NCBI GenBank assembly: GCA_013151415.1
Contig: JAADII010000144.1
Coordinates: 238 to 64,237 of the forward strand
Direction: 5' to 3'
From: Chloroflexota bacterium
GTDB lineage: Bacteria; Chloroflexota; Anaerolineae; J102
Length of the DNA: 64,000 nucleotides
Shown here: positions 18,761 to 28,472 of the stretch, piece after piece
How positions within the stretch are numbered: position 1 is the stretch's first letter
Layout of the letters: the number at the start of each line of letters is the position of its first letter
Notes under the pieces: generated by a model
Told to the model about the DNA's origin: nothing
Database searches by the model: none
Seen by the model: only the letters and a program-made list of their open reading frames with translations
Translations under genes and position numbers: made by a program

Positions 18761-20212
18761 ATGTTTCTTCTCTCTGTCATGGCTCATATTCTTCCGGCCT
18801 GGGGTTCTCGTCTCTTCATTTCGCTTCTTTTGCTTCTCCTAACGCCTGTCTGGAACGCGGCTCTTTCGCAACCTGCTTCGCAAACCCAAACCCTGTTCTT
18901 GCCCATGCAGTGGCGCGGGAATCCATCGGTGTTGGGACCGATGATCGAGCTGAGGGGCTTGTGGGTGAATCGATTCGATTGGACAACCCTGGGACGGGCG
19001 GCGGATCCGGCCAAAATCGATGAAATCGTGACCAATGCAGCGGACGCGGGCTTCAATGTGATTTTCTTTCAGGTGCGCGGGGTCGCCGACGCCTATTACG
19101 CGCCCGGTTTGGAGCCGTGGGCGCAACGGGTGAGCGGGCAGACATTGGGAAAGGCGCCCGAGCCGTATTGGGACCCCTTGGCCTATCTCATTGCCAAAGC
19201 GCATGAACGGGGTTTGCAAGTCCACGCCTATTTCAATGTCTATCCTGTGGCTCAAGGCGGTGATTTCTGTGCGGAAGAGCCAGACCCACTGGCTCAGCCC
19301 CAGCCGCTTTATCACCAACTGGCTCAACAACATGGCGTCACCGAAGGAAAAGTCAATGGTCTGCAATGGCGTCAAGGCGGTCAGGTGTTATGCGGGCAAT
19401 ATCGCGAAATGAGCCCGGCCTCGCGATTTGGTCAAAACCACATCATCCGCGTGGCTCTGGATATTGTGTGGAGATACGATGTCGATGGCGTCCATCTCGA
19501 TCGCGTGCGTTATGCGGCGGCCAACGCCTCGTGCGATCCGGTGAGTCTTTGTCGTTATCACGGATTGAGTGAAAACTGCGATCCGGTTCCAGCCTGCGCG
19601 TTGGATGAGACGTATCGAGATTGGCAACGACAACAAGTGAGTGAGTTTGTGCATCGGCTTTCTATGAAGTTGAAGGCCGTAAAGCCCGATCTATGGATCT
19701 CGGCGGCGGTCCTGCCCGTTTATCGCGATGAGCCCGCTTTACAGTTGCCCGGTCATCCCCAAGAGGCCTATAACGACGCTTATCAAGATTCGAAGGGTTG
19801 GTTGAGCCAAGGATATGTGGACGCGATCATGCCTTTGATCTACCCGGCCGTGTTCCGTTGTCCTGATGACAGCTATTGGACCTTGGACATTTGGCGCAGG
19901 CTGACCGCCGATTATCTAGCCGACGCCGGCGAAGGCGCGGTGATCCCTGGCATTGGCGCGGGGTATTGCACATTCGATGAGATCGAAGCTCGCATCGCGG
20001 CCGCACGCGAATTGGGCGCCATCGGGCACGCCATTTTTTCTTACCGCGGTCTATTGAACAATGGCTATTTCGACGATCTTCGATGGGGTCCATATCGCGT
20101 TCCGGCCGCGCCTCCGCAACCGCCTTCGGTTGAAAATAGCGAACCGATGATTTCTCCTTGGTTCGATGCGCATGATGGCGCGCGCGTGGATGCGCAAAAA
20201 GCGACGAGATGA
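18761..20212 (+). CDS. Secreted glycoside hydrolase-like family 10 (GHL10/DUF187, YddW-like)
   Basis: Signal peptide; ELRGLWV, FFQVRG..DAYY, WDPLAYLI..AHERGLQVHAY, YDVDGVHLD. Confidence 0.85.
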   Translation: MFLLSVMAHILPAWGSRLFISLLLLLLTPVWNAALSQPASQTQTLFLPMQWRGNPSVLGPMIELRGLWVNRFDWTTLGRAADPAKIDEIVTNAADAGFNVIFFQVRGVADAYYAPGLEPWAQRVSGQTLGKAPEPYWDPLAYLIAKAHERGLQVHAYFNVYPVAQGGDFCAEEPDPLAQPQPLYHQLAQQHGVTEGKVNGLQWRQGGQVLCGQYREMSPASRFGQNHIIRVALDIVWRYDVDGVHLDRVRYAAANASCDPVSLCRYHGLSENCDPVPACALDETYRDWQRQQVSEFVHRLSMKLKAVKPDLWISAAVLPVYRDEPALQLPGHPQEAYNDAYQDSKGWLSQGYVDAIMPLIYPAVFRCPDDSYWTLDIWRRLTADYLADAGEGAVIPGIGAGYCTFDEIEARIAAARELGAIGHAIFSYRGLLNNGYFDDLRWGPYRVPAAPPQPPSVENSEPMISPWFDAHDGARVDAQKATR

Positions 20213-20233
20213 TAAAGGAGGGCGACTGACTTC

Positions 20234-21274
20234 ATGAACCAAGCGCGGCAAGAAACCATTCCCCCCAACCCTGCTGTTCTCGCAGACCGGTTCAACACGC
20301 TTCGATATGATCCGGAAGCGGACGCGGTCGTGTTGCTCAATCGCGCCAAATATCCGCACGAACGAGAATATGTGTTTTGCCGCTCCGTAGAGGAAGTGGC
20401 GCGAGCTATCGAAACCATGATAGTGCAAGGAGGGCCGCCTCTGGCCTACGCGGCCGGCTTGGGTCTGGCGTTGAGCGATGTGAACGAATCGGCCTATCGC
20501 GCCGCAGCCGCTCGTCTGTTGGCCACGCGACCCACAGCCGATGATTTGCATCACATTATTCCCGCCGCGCTCCAACGCGCGCTTCAGGCTTTGGCCGCGG
20601 GCGAAGATGCAAAGGCCGCCATCCTCCATTTTGTCAATGGCGAGATCGAGCGGGGCAATCGCGTGAGCCGTCAGTGCGGCGCTCACGCGGCCGAATTGCT
20701 CGATGATGGAGATCAGGTGCTCACTCACTGCATCGCGGGCGCAGCCCTGTGTTGGATGCTCTGGATCGCCAAACACCAGGGAAAAACCATCCATCTTATA
20801 GCCACCGAGACACGCCCCTATTTGCAAGGCGCGCGGCTCACCGCGCAATGCGCGGTGGAGTTGGGCGTTGAGTGCACCTTGATCACCGATGGCATGCCCG
20901 CGCATCTTATGAGCCAGGGCATGGTGGATAAATTTATCTGCGCCGCGGATCGCATCACCCTGGATGGCCACATCACCAACAAAGTGGGCACATTTCAGAT
21001 GGCCATCGCCGCGCATTATCATGGCGTCCCCTTCTATGTTTTGGGGTATGACGGCCCTGACCCCGACACCGAAAGCGCAGAGGGGATCGAGATCGAATGG
21101 CGAGATGGGCGAGAGGTCTTGTATTGTGCTGGGCGTCGTAGTGCGGTCGAGGGGGTGAAAGCGCTCTATCCGGCCTTCGACATCACCCCGCCTCATCTTA
21201 TCTCGGCCATTGTCACTGATCGAGGCGTTTTTCCGCCACATTTGATAAGGATGTATGCAACCGCTTCGGAGTGA
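20234..21274 (+). CDS. mtnA: Methylthioribose-1-phosphate isomerase-like (eIF-2B family)
   Basis: TRPTA, VLTHC, ETRPYLQGARLT, ADRI...NKVGT, PAFDITP; AAGGAGG SD. Confidence 0.75.
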   Translation: MNQARQETIPPNPAVLADRFNTLRYDPEADAVVLLNRAKYPHEREYVFCRSVEEVARAIETMIVQGGPPLAYAAGLGLALSDVNESAYRAAAARLLATRPTADDLHHIIPAALQRALQALAAGEDAKAAILHFVNGEIERGNRVSRQCGAHAAELLDDGDQVLTHCIAGAALCWMLWIAKHQGKTIHLIATETRPYLQGARLTAQCAVELGVECTLITDGMPAHLMSQGMVDKFICAADRITLDGHITNKVGTFQMAIAAHYHGVPFYVLGYDGPDPDTESAEGIEIEWRDGREVLYCAGRRSAVEGVKALYPAFDITPPHLISAIVTDRGVFPPHLIRMYATASE

Positions 21275-21346
21275 ACACATGAGGGGCGAAGGGATGCTCT
21301 CGCCGCATAAATGAGCTCGAATAGGCTCAGGCTCGCGTGCGCGCAC

Positions 21347-21368
21347 AAAAAGAAACCCCCGGGGTTCT
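21347..21368. terminator. Possible weak terminator hairpin
   Basis: AAAAAGAAACCCCCGGGGTTCT between mtnA and fadR. Confidence 0.3.
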
Positions 21369-21464
21369 GACCTTGATGACCTTGCCCTCGTCGATCGAAC
21401 TTGGTCGGACGAACCACTCGCGCGCGGCTCATCGTTTTCCACGCGCGCATCATCGTCATTCCCC

Positions 21465-21520
21465 TTGACGCCGAGCTCGAAATTCCATATACTTAAACTG
21501 GTCAGACCTCTTACCAGTAT
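21465..21520 (+). promoter_or_regulatory. sigma70 promoter with overlapping FadR-type operator
   Basis: TTGACG(21465)-17nt-TATACT(21488), followed by AACTGGTCAGACCTCTT, matching the FadR TGGTCNGACCA box. Confidence 0.75.
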
Positions 21521-21553
21521 CCAGGAGCAATCGATCATCAGGAACAAAAGCTT

Positions 21554-22249
21554 ATGACATGGGACTCTCCCCAAAAACCGGCCGAGATCGCCGAATCTCG
21601 CCTGCTTCAGGCCATCCTCGACGGCGAATTCCCCATCAACAGCAATTTGCCGGGTGAGCGCGCGCTTGCAGCCCAGATCGGCGTCACCCGGCCCACCCTG
21701 CGCGAGGCTTTGCAACGCCTGGCCCGCGACGGCTGGCTCGAGATACGCCACGGCAAGCCCACGCGCGTGCGCGATTACTGGCGCGAGGGAAGCCTGGCCG
21801 TGTTGGCGGGGCTGGCGCGATCGCCCAATCATGGAACGCCCGATTTCATTGCCCACCTTCTGGAGATTCGTCTGCTCCTCGCGCCCACCTACACCCGCCA
21901 GGCCATGGCGCGAGCGCGAGACGCGATCATCGCTCAATTGAAGCGCGCGGATGAGCTGGATGATGATCCGGCGAGCTTCGCCCGCTTCGACTGGGACCTG
22001 CACCACTTGCTGACGCAACAAGCCCACAATCCCGTGTTCCGCCTTCTGCTCAACAGCTTCGAGAGCCTCTACCTTCTTGTAGGCGAACGTTACTTTTCAT
22101 ATGAGGAATGTCGTCGGCATTCGCAGAACTTCTACGCTGGCTTGCTATCATGCGCGGAAAACAATGATCTGGATGGGGCCGAGCGGGTGGCGCGAGAGAC
22201 CATGCAAGAGAGCCTGGCCCTATGGCGTCGGCTGGAGGAGCTATCATGA
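21554..22249 (+). CDS. fadR: GntR-family fatty acid metabolism regulator FadR
   Basis: LPGERALA..IGVTRPTLREALQRLARDGWLEIRHGKPTRV, very close to the E. coli FadR N-terminus; FadR_C-like NPVFRLLLN...VGERYFS. Confidence 0.85.
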   Translation: MTWDSPQKPAEIAESRLLQAILDGEFPINSNLPGERALAAQIGVTRPTLREALQRLARDGWLEIRHGKPTRVRDYWREGSLAVLAGLARSPNHGTPDFIAHLLEIRLLLAPTYTRQAMARARDAIIAQLKRADELDDDPASFARFDWDLHHLLTQQAHNPVFRLLLNSFESLYLLVGERYFSYEECRRHSQNFYAGLLSCAENNDLDGAERVARETMQESLALWRRLEELS

Positions 22250-23835
22250 AACGCTGGAACGGCTGGGGGGATGTGCATATCCATTACCCCCTGCCCGATG
22301 TTGGCATCGATTATCTCAGGGCGCAGTTGGGGCCGCTGGAAGCGCGGGCCGATGTTAGCATGGACGCCATTCTCGCGACCATGCCCGATTCGCGGCTGCC
22401 GGACCATCCCCTCATCGATATTGCACCCGAGACGCGCTTGCGCCACGCTCGCGGCCAGAGCCTGCCCGATTGGGTGGCCCTGAATTACGGACGCATCGAA
22501 GCCTTTCCCGATGGCGTCGCTTTTCCAAATGGCGCGGACGATGTGCGCGAACTGCTGGGCTTGGCCAGGACGCGAGGGATTCGCGTCATTCCTTATGGCG
22601 GGGGCACCAGCGTGGTGGGGCACATCAACCCCTTGCCCGGCGCCAGACCCACGCTCACCCTCTCCATGGAAAAGCTCAACCGGCTGCTCGAACTGGACGA
22701 GGTTAGTCGTCTGGCCACGTTCGAGGCCGGGGTGACCGGACCGTCATTGGAAGCGCAGCTCAAAGCGCACGGATACACGCTGGGCCATTTCCCCCAATCC
22801 TTCGAATATTCGACCCTGGGCGGCTGGATAGCGACCCGCTCCAGCGGACAGCAATCGTATTACTATGGCCGCATCGAGCAGTTGTTCGCGGGCGGTCGCG
22901 TCGAGACCCCGCGCGGCCCTCTCGAACTGCCGCCCTTCCCTGCGTCCGCGACCGGGCCGGATGTGCGGGAGATGATCTTAGGCTCGGAAGGACGCATGGG
23001 GCTCATCACCCGCGCTCAGGTGCGGGTGAGACCCATTCCCAAGGCTGAGGGATTTTATGGGATTTTCTTTCCCACCTGGGAGCAAGGCGTGGCCGCGGTG
23101 CGCGGCATCGCCCAAAACGGAATTCCGGTTTCCATGCTGCGCCTGAGCAATCCCCAAGAAACCGAGACCTCCTTGCTCATTTCGGGCAAGTCATGGCTCA
23201 AGCTGGCCGACCGGGGTCTGCGGCTCATGGGGCAGGGCGACCAGCGCTGCCTGCTGATTTTCGGGGTCACCGGCTCGGCCGCACATGTCCGACGCACTCG
23301 CGGCGCGGTGAAATCATTTTGTCGCTCCTTTCGCGGCTTTTATGTGGGCGCGATGGTGGGGCGCACCTGGGAAAAGAACCGTTTTCGCTCGGCCTACCTG
23401 CGCAACACGCTTTGGCGGCATGGCGTGGCCGTAGACACATTGGAGACCGCGTTGCCCTGGTCTCAGGTGGAGGCCGCGGCCCAGGCCATCCCCCGCTCTA
23501 TTGTGGATGCGGCCGCAGCATTTGGCGAGCGCGTCCTGGTGATGACGCATCTTTCGCACATCTATCGCGACGGGGCCAGCATTTACGTCACCTATCTTTT
23601 TCGGCGATGCGCAGACCCCGATGAATTGTTGGCGCGCTGGCGAGCCATGAAGGGCGCGGCCAGTCACGCGATCCAGGCGCATGGCGGCGCGATCAGCCAT
23701 CAACATGGCGTGGGGACTGATCACGCGGCCTATTTGTTGGCCGAGAAGGGCGAGTTGGGCATGGCGGCCATCCGCTCCCTGTGCCAGACTTTTGATCCCG
23801 ACGGCATCATGAATCCGGGCAAGCTCATTCTGTAG
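22246..23835 (+). CDS. FAD-binding oxidoreductase, alkyl-dihydroxyacetonephosphate synthase (AGPS)-like
   Basis: RWNGWG, PYGGGTSVVG, GHFPQSFEYSTLGGWIATRSSGQ, GSEG, SHQHGVG, MNPGKL. Confidence 0.85.
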   Translation: MKRWNGWGDVHIHYPLPDVGIDYLRAQLGPLEARADVSMDAILATMPDSRLPDHPLIDIAPETRLRHARGQSLPDWVALNYGRIEAFPDGVAFPNGADDVRELLGLARTRGIRVIPYGGGTSVVGHINPLPGARPTLTLSMEKLNRLLELDEVSRLATFEAGVTGPSLEAQLKAHGYTLGHFPQSFEYSTLGGWIATRSSGQQSYYYGRIEQLFAGGRVETPRGPLELPPFPASATGPDVREMILGSEGRMGLITRAQVRVRPIPKAEGFYGIFFPTWEQGVAAVRGIAQNGIPVSMLRLSNPQETETSLLISGKSWLKLADRGLRLMGQGDQRCLLIFGVTGSAAHVRRTRGAVKSFCRSFRGFYVGAMVGRTWEKNRFRSAYLRNTLWRHGVAVDTLETALPWSQVEAAAQAIPRSIVDAAAAFGERVLVMTHLSHIYRDGASIYVTYLFRRCADPDELLARWRAMKGAASHAIQAHGGAISHQHGVGTDHAAYLLAEKGELGMAAIRSLCQTFDPDGIMNPGKLIL

Positions 23836-23853
23836 AACAGGGAAAACACGGCC

Positions 23854-25443
23854 ATGTGGACTCAAGGGTGGCGAGATCGCGTTTGGGGTGAATTGGACCG
23901 CCTCTGGGATGTGATCATCATCGGCGGGGGCGTCACTGGCGCGGGCGTGCTGCGTCAGGCCGCGGAAAATGGCTTGCGCGCATTGTTGGTGGAGGCCGAT
24001 GACTTTGCTTCGGGCGCGTCCAGCCGGTCGTCGAAGCTGGTGCATGGCGGGTTGCGCTATCTCAAAACAGCGCAGATCAAACTAACTTTCGAATCGGTGC
24101 GCGAACGCGAATATCTGCTTCAGCATGGACGCGGGTTGGTGCATCCCCTGGCATTTCTCTATGTGCATCGGCGGAACGACCCCTTGCCCGGCTGGGTTTT
24201 CGGGCTGGCGCTGTGCGTCTACGATATCATGGCTCGGCGCTGGAGGCATGGCTCGCTCAGCGCCCACGCGGTGCGTGAACGTTGCCCCCTGTTGACAGCG
24301 CCTGATCTGAAGGGCGGTTATTGCTATTTCGACGCCAAAACCGACGATGCGAGGCTGGTGTTGCGCCTGCTGCGCGAAGCGGTGGCTGATGGCGCGCTGG
24401 CACTCAATCACGCGCGAGTGGTTGGATTGTTGCGAACCCAAAAAGGCCGCGTGCGAGGCGTGGCGTTGCGAGACGTTTCGGGCGACGCCGAGCGCACCGC
24501 GGAGGTGAGGGCGAAGGTGGTGATCAATGCCACAGGCGCGTGGGTGGATGAATTACGCGGCCGAATCGAACGCCCTCCCCGCATGAGACCGCTGCGCGGC
24601 AGTCATCTCATTTTCCCTTATGAACGGTTGCCCATCCCTTGCGCTGTCGGCTTTCTCCATCCTAAAGATGGTCGTCCGGTTTTCGCGCTGCCGTGGGAGG
24701 GCGCGACCCTTTTCGGCACCACAGACGTGGATCACCGCACAGAACTGAACACCGACCCGGCCATCAGCGAGGCTGAATACGAATATTTGCTCACGGCCTT
24801 GCAGCAGATTTTTCCCGGTCAGGCGCTGAGCGCCGACGATGTGCTGGCCACTTTCGCGGGCCTGCGGCCGGTGGTGAATACGGGCAAGGCCGATCCCTCG
24901 AAAGAGTCTCGCGAGCATGTGGTCTGGGATGAAGATGATATGATCACGGTGTCGGGCGGCAAGCTGACCACCTTTCGTCTCATGGCCTGGGACGCGCTCA
25001 AAAAGGCCGCCAAACACCTGGGCGCGGTGCATTTCGACCATCGCACGCCGGTGCTCGAGCCTCTTCCCGAGCAGGCGCTCTCACTTTTGGAAGAGGAGGC
25101 GCTCACTCCGCAGCAACGGTTGCGACTGCTCGCGCACTACGGGCCGCGAGTGGTGCCGGCCTTGCTAAGCGCCGGCCCCGCCGAGCTGGAGACCATTCCC
25201 GGAACGCCCTATGTGTGGGGCGAGTTGCGGCTGGCCGCGCGTTACGAAGGCGTGGTTCATCTGGACGATCTGCTTTTGCGTCGCCTGCGCCTGGGGCTGC
25301 TGCTCCCAAATGGCGGGATCGACCGGCTCGATCGCGTTCGCGACATCGTGCAATGGGAGTTGGGATGGGATGACGCCCGGTGGGAGCAAGAAATCGCGGA
25401 TTACGCGCGGTTGTGGCGGTCGGCGTATCGCGCTCGTCTCTAG
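23854..25443 (+). CDS. glpD: FAD-dependent glycerol-3-phosphate dehydrogenase/oxidase family
   Basis: IIGGGVTGAG, SSRSSKLVHGGLRYL, DDARL, GTTD, AGLRP, GGKLTTFR. Confidence 0.88.
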   Translation: MWTQGWRDRVWGELDRLWDVIIIGGGVTGAGVLRQAAENGLRALLVEADDFASGASSRSSKLVHGGLRYLKTAQIKLTFESVREREYLLQHGRGLVHPLAFLYVHRRNDPLPGWVFGLALCVYDIMARRWRHGSLSAHAVRERCPLLTAPDLKGGYCYFDAKTDDARLVLRLLREAVADGALALNHARVVGLLRTQKGRVRGVALRDVSGDAERTAEVRAKVVINATGAWVDELRGRIERPPRMRPLRGSHLIFPYERLPIPCAVGFLHPKDGRPVFALPWEGATLFGTTDVDHRTELNTDPAISEAEYEYLLTALQQIFPGQALSADDVLATFAGLRPVVNTGKADPSKESREHVVWDEDDMITVSGGKLTTFRLMAWDALKKAAKHLGAVHFDHRTPVLEPLPEQALSLLEEEALTPQQRLRLLAHYGPRVVPALLSAGPAELETIPGTPYVWGELRLAARYEGVVHLDDLLLRRLRLGLLLPNGGIDRLDRVRDIVQWELGWDDARWEQEIADYARLWRSAYRARL

Positions 25444-25486
25444 CCGCCTGAATGTAGCGCGTTCGCCCGCAGATAAGCCATATCTT

Positions 25487-26776
25487 CTACATGTGATGTC
25501 GGTTTTCTGCAAAGCGTCGGGTGAGAAGCCTGACCGCGCGCTCAACGCCGTTTTCGGCGCGAATGAGCCGCCCCAATGATTCGGCTCGCTCTCGCATCGC
25601 TTTATCGCGAACCGCGACCTCGATGGCTTTGGCAAGCGATTTCGCGGTCAGTTTCTTGCGGGGAATAGGCGAGGGACCCACGCCCAATTGCTTCACCCGC
25701 CATCCCCAAAACGGCTGATCGCCGAAGAAAGGAATGATGATGGACGGCGCGCCGGCCCGCAAACCGGCCGCCGTCGTTCCGGCCCCGCCATGGTGAACCA
25801 CAGCCCTCATTTGCGGAAAGAGCCAATCGTGGGGAGCCGATTCTATTTTGATTACGTGGTCTGGCAAATCACTCTGACGAAGCCCGCCCCATCCTGTAAG
25901 AAGCACGCCGCGTTGTTTTGTCGCATCCAACGCATTCAAGACGATTTCGGCCATCTCTTCCGGCGCGTGGTGAACCATGCTGCCAAAGCCCACATAAATG
26001 GGCGGCGGACCCGATTGCAAAAAATCCACCAAAGCCGGCGGAGGACGCCAGTCCTCGCTTCTGTTCAGAAACCAATATCCCGTAATGTGGACATTGTCGC
26101 CCCAATCCGATGGTTTTGGGAGAACATGGCGACTAAATCCGTAGAAAAAAGGATGGCCGCGCGCGCTCCATTCTGGAAAAGGGTTGGTTTTGTAAGGGGG
26201 TAGCTCCAGAGCCTGCTCTCGCCAACGATTGATGATCGGTCGGATCAGACGCCAGAAAACCCGATCTTCCAGATGATATGTCGAACGGTTGTAAAGCCCC
26301 TCTAGAACGGGGATGGACACAGGGAGCGGCGCTGCAGCGGCGCTGGGATAGGCGCGCGTGGCATGCACATGCTGGAGATACATCGGATATGCCGGGATGT
26401 CCAGCTTTTCGGCGATAGAGGCCGCAGGCAAAGCCGTAAGAAGGTGAAACAAGATGATCTCTGCATCCTGGCAAGCTTGCCAGTAATCATTGAAAACCTG
26501 AGCCAGGATGGGCTCCGCCACGGCCAGGGTGTGCCGGAGCATGGCCATTGGGTTTGCGCGGCTTTTCAATAGTTTTTGTCCGGCGTCGCCGGCAAGGATC
26601 TCGCGGGGGTTGCCCTCCACCGGGGAAAATCCCAGTCCATACTCATCAAGCAGCGGCTTGAAATCGCGATGCGTCGCGATGCGAACCGCATGTCCCATGG
26701 AGCGAAGACCAATCCCCAAGGCGATGTAAGGCTGAACATCGCCGCGAGAGCCCGCGGTTAATATGGTGATTTTCAT
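25487..26776 (-). CDS. GT1 sterol 3-beta-glucosyltransferase-like glycosyltransferase
   Basis: GSRGDVQPYIAL, PIYVGFGSM, PHDWLFP...HHGGAGTTAAGLRAG.P.IIIPFFGDQPFWG. Confidence 0.85.
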   Translation of the reverse strand: MKITILTAGSRGDVQPYIALGIGLRSMGHAVRIATHRDFKPLLDEYGLGFSPVEGNPREILAGDAGQKLLKSRANPMAMLRHTLAVAEPILAQVFNDYWQACQDAEIILFHLLTALPAASIAEKLDIPAYPMYLQHVHATRAYPSAAAAPLPVSIPVLEGLYNRSTYHLEDRVFWRLIRPIINRWREQALELPPYKTNPFPEWSARGHPFFYGFSRHVLPKPSDWGDNVHITGYWFLNRSEDWRPPPALVDFLQSGPPPIYVGFGSMVHHAPEEMAEIVLNALDATKQRGVLLTGWGGLRQSDLPDHVIKIESAPHDWLFPQMRAVVHHGGAGTTAAGLRAGAPSIIIPFFGDQPFWGWRVKQLGVGPSPIPRKKLTAKSLAKAIEVAVRDKAMRERAESLGRLIRAENGVERAVRLLTRRFAENRHHM

Positions 26777-26801
26777 GGGTTTGCTCCAATTAGGGTTTCA
26801 C

Positions 26802-28472
26802 TTAACTTCCGGCTGCATGCCGCGCAGCCAGATAACCAAAGGTCATGGCCGGGCCGATGGTCGCGCCCGCGCCTGGATAGCTGGCGCCCATAACCGAAGC
26901 CATGCTGTTGCCGGTGGCGTAGAGTCCGGGAATGGGCGTCCCATCCTTGCGCAATACGCGCGCCCACTCGTCGGTGACCAATCCGCCCTTGGTCCCCAGG
27001 TCGCCCGGCCACATGCGCACAGCATAATATGGGGGTCTGGTCAGGGGCGCCAGGTTGGGGTTGGGCTTGACGGTGGGATCGCCGTAATAGCGGTCGTAGG
27101 CGCTCTCCCCGCGCCGAAAGTCTTGATCCACGCCCGCGCGAGCGAATTCGTTGAAGCGGCTCACCGTCTCCACCAGGTTGGCTGCATCCACGCCCATGAG
27201 CCGGGCCAATGCTTTCAGGTTGTCGGCCTTGACAATATACCCATTTTCCAGGTGGCGCTTGGGTATGGGTTGCATGGGAAAGAACAGCCCGAAGATATAT
27301 TTGTTGCGATACCGCTGGTCGAAAATGAACCAGGCCGGAATGTGGGGCGTTTCCGGGCTATGATTGGCGTACATGGCGTGGACGACATCGATGTAAGGCG
27401 CAGATTCATTGACAAAACGACGGCCAAGGCCGTTGACCATGAGCGCGCCCGGATACGCTCGCTCGGCCACGTGGAAGAAAGGCGCTTCGTCCGGCGGTTT
27501 GGAGCTTGGCCCCCACCAGGCCTCCTCCATAAGGTCTACGGCCGCGCCGGCTTTCATGCCCGCGCGAATGGCGTCGCCTGTGTTCCCAGGGCTCGCGACG
27601 CTCCAGTCGGTGGATGTGGGCTTGGGCAAATATTGTTGGCGCATGGCCAGATTATGCGGAAAGCCGCCCGCAGCCAGCAACACGCCTCGGCCAGCCCGAA
27701 TGCGAAGCGGGCGCGCCTCTCGCTCGACCCGCGCGCCCACGACGCGATCTTCTTCGATGATCAGCTCCTGCAATGCCGCATCCAGCCACAGGGGGATGTC
27801 CGCTTGCATCATGGCGTAGCGCAATCTTGCACTGAGCGCCTGCCCCATGGTGAGCTCGCGCACGCCGGATAGGCGATGTTTCAACCAGCGCAGCCCGACC
27901 CGCAAAGCCCTCTTTTTCCCTTCCCAAGTGGACATGAACATGCCGATCTGGCGATAATCTGCGGCCGTGAACGCCAGACCCGCGGGCGCTTCGGCCATGG
28001 GTTTGCGCAAACGCGCCAGTTCCGGCCCTAGTTTGCGGCCATCGAAAGGAACCGGCTCCAGTGTGCGTCCCGCGACCAGCCCGCCGGGCCGCTCGGGATA
28101 ATAATCGGCATAGCCGGGCACGCGCTGGAAGCGAACGCAGGTGTGATCCCGCAGCCATGCCACCATCTGGGGCGCGTGGACCAAATACGCGTCTTGGAGC
28201 GATTGGGGCGAGCGGTCGCCCACGGTGTGTCGCATGTATAGCCGCGCTTGTTCCAGAGAATCCTCGATCCCGTCCTGGGCCAGCAGATAGTTGTTGGGAA
28301 CCCAGATCGCGCCGCCCGAACGGGCTGTGGACCCGCCGAAAAAGCTCGTCTTTTCAATGACCAGCACATCCATGCCCGCCTCTTTGGCCATCAGGGCCGC
28401 GGTCATCCCCCCACCGCCCGATCCGACCACCAGGAAGTCCACGGTTTTGTTCCAAACACTCGCCGCGTTCAT
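26802..28472 (-). CDS. kstD: 3-ketosteroid delta-1-dehydrogenase-like flavoprotein
   Basis: GGSTARSGG, YADYYPE, EEAWWGP, NESAPY, YDRYYGDP, GDLGTKGGL, YPGAGATIGPAMTFG. Confidence 0.85.
   Translation of the reverse strand: MNAASVWNKTVDFLVVGSGGGGMTAALMAKEAGMDVLVIEKTSFFGGSTARSGGAIWVPNNYLLAQDGIEDSLEQARLYMRHTVGDRSPQSLQDAYLVHAPQMVAWLRDHTCVRFQRVPGYADYYPERPGGLVAGRTLEPVPFDGRKLGPELARLRKPMAEAPAGLAFTAADYRQIGMFMSTWEGKKRALRVGLRWLKHRLSGVRELTMGQALSARLRYAMMQADIPLWLDAALQELIIEEDRVVGARVEREARPLRIRAGRGVLLAAGGFPHNLAMRQQYLPKPTSTDWSVASPGNTGDAIRAGMKAGAAVDLMEEAWWGPSSKPPDEAPFFHVAERAYPGALMVNGLGRRFVNESAPYIDVVHAMYANHSPETPHIPAWFIFDQRYRNKYIFGLFFPMQPIPKRHLENGYIVKADNLKALARLMGVDAANLVETVSRFNEFARAGVDQDFRRGESAYDRYYGDPTVKPNPNLAPLTRPPYYAVRMWPGDLGTKGGLVTDEWARVLRKDGTPIPGLYATGNSMASVMGASYPGAGATIGPAMTFGYLAARHAAGS

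Noticed and set aside
20051-22027. 658-aa minus-strand ORF spanning mtnA and fadR
   Set aside because: Overlaps two confident plus-strand genes and a promoter; no domain signature.
26763-27872. 369-aa plus-strand ORF
   Set aside because: Antisense to kstD; no recognisable features.
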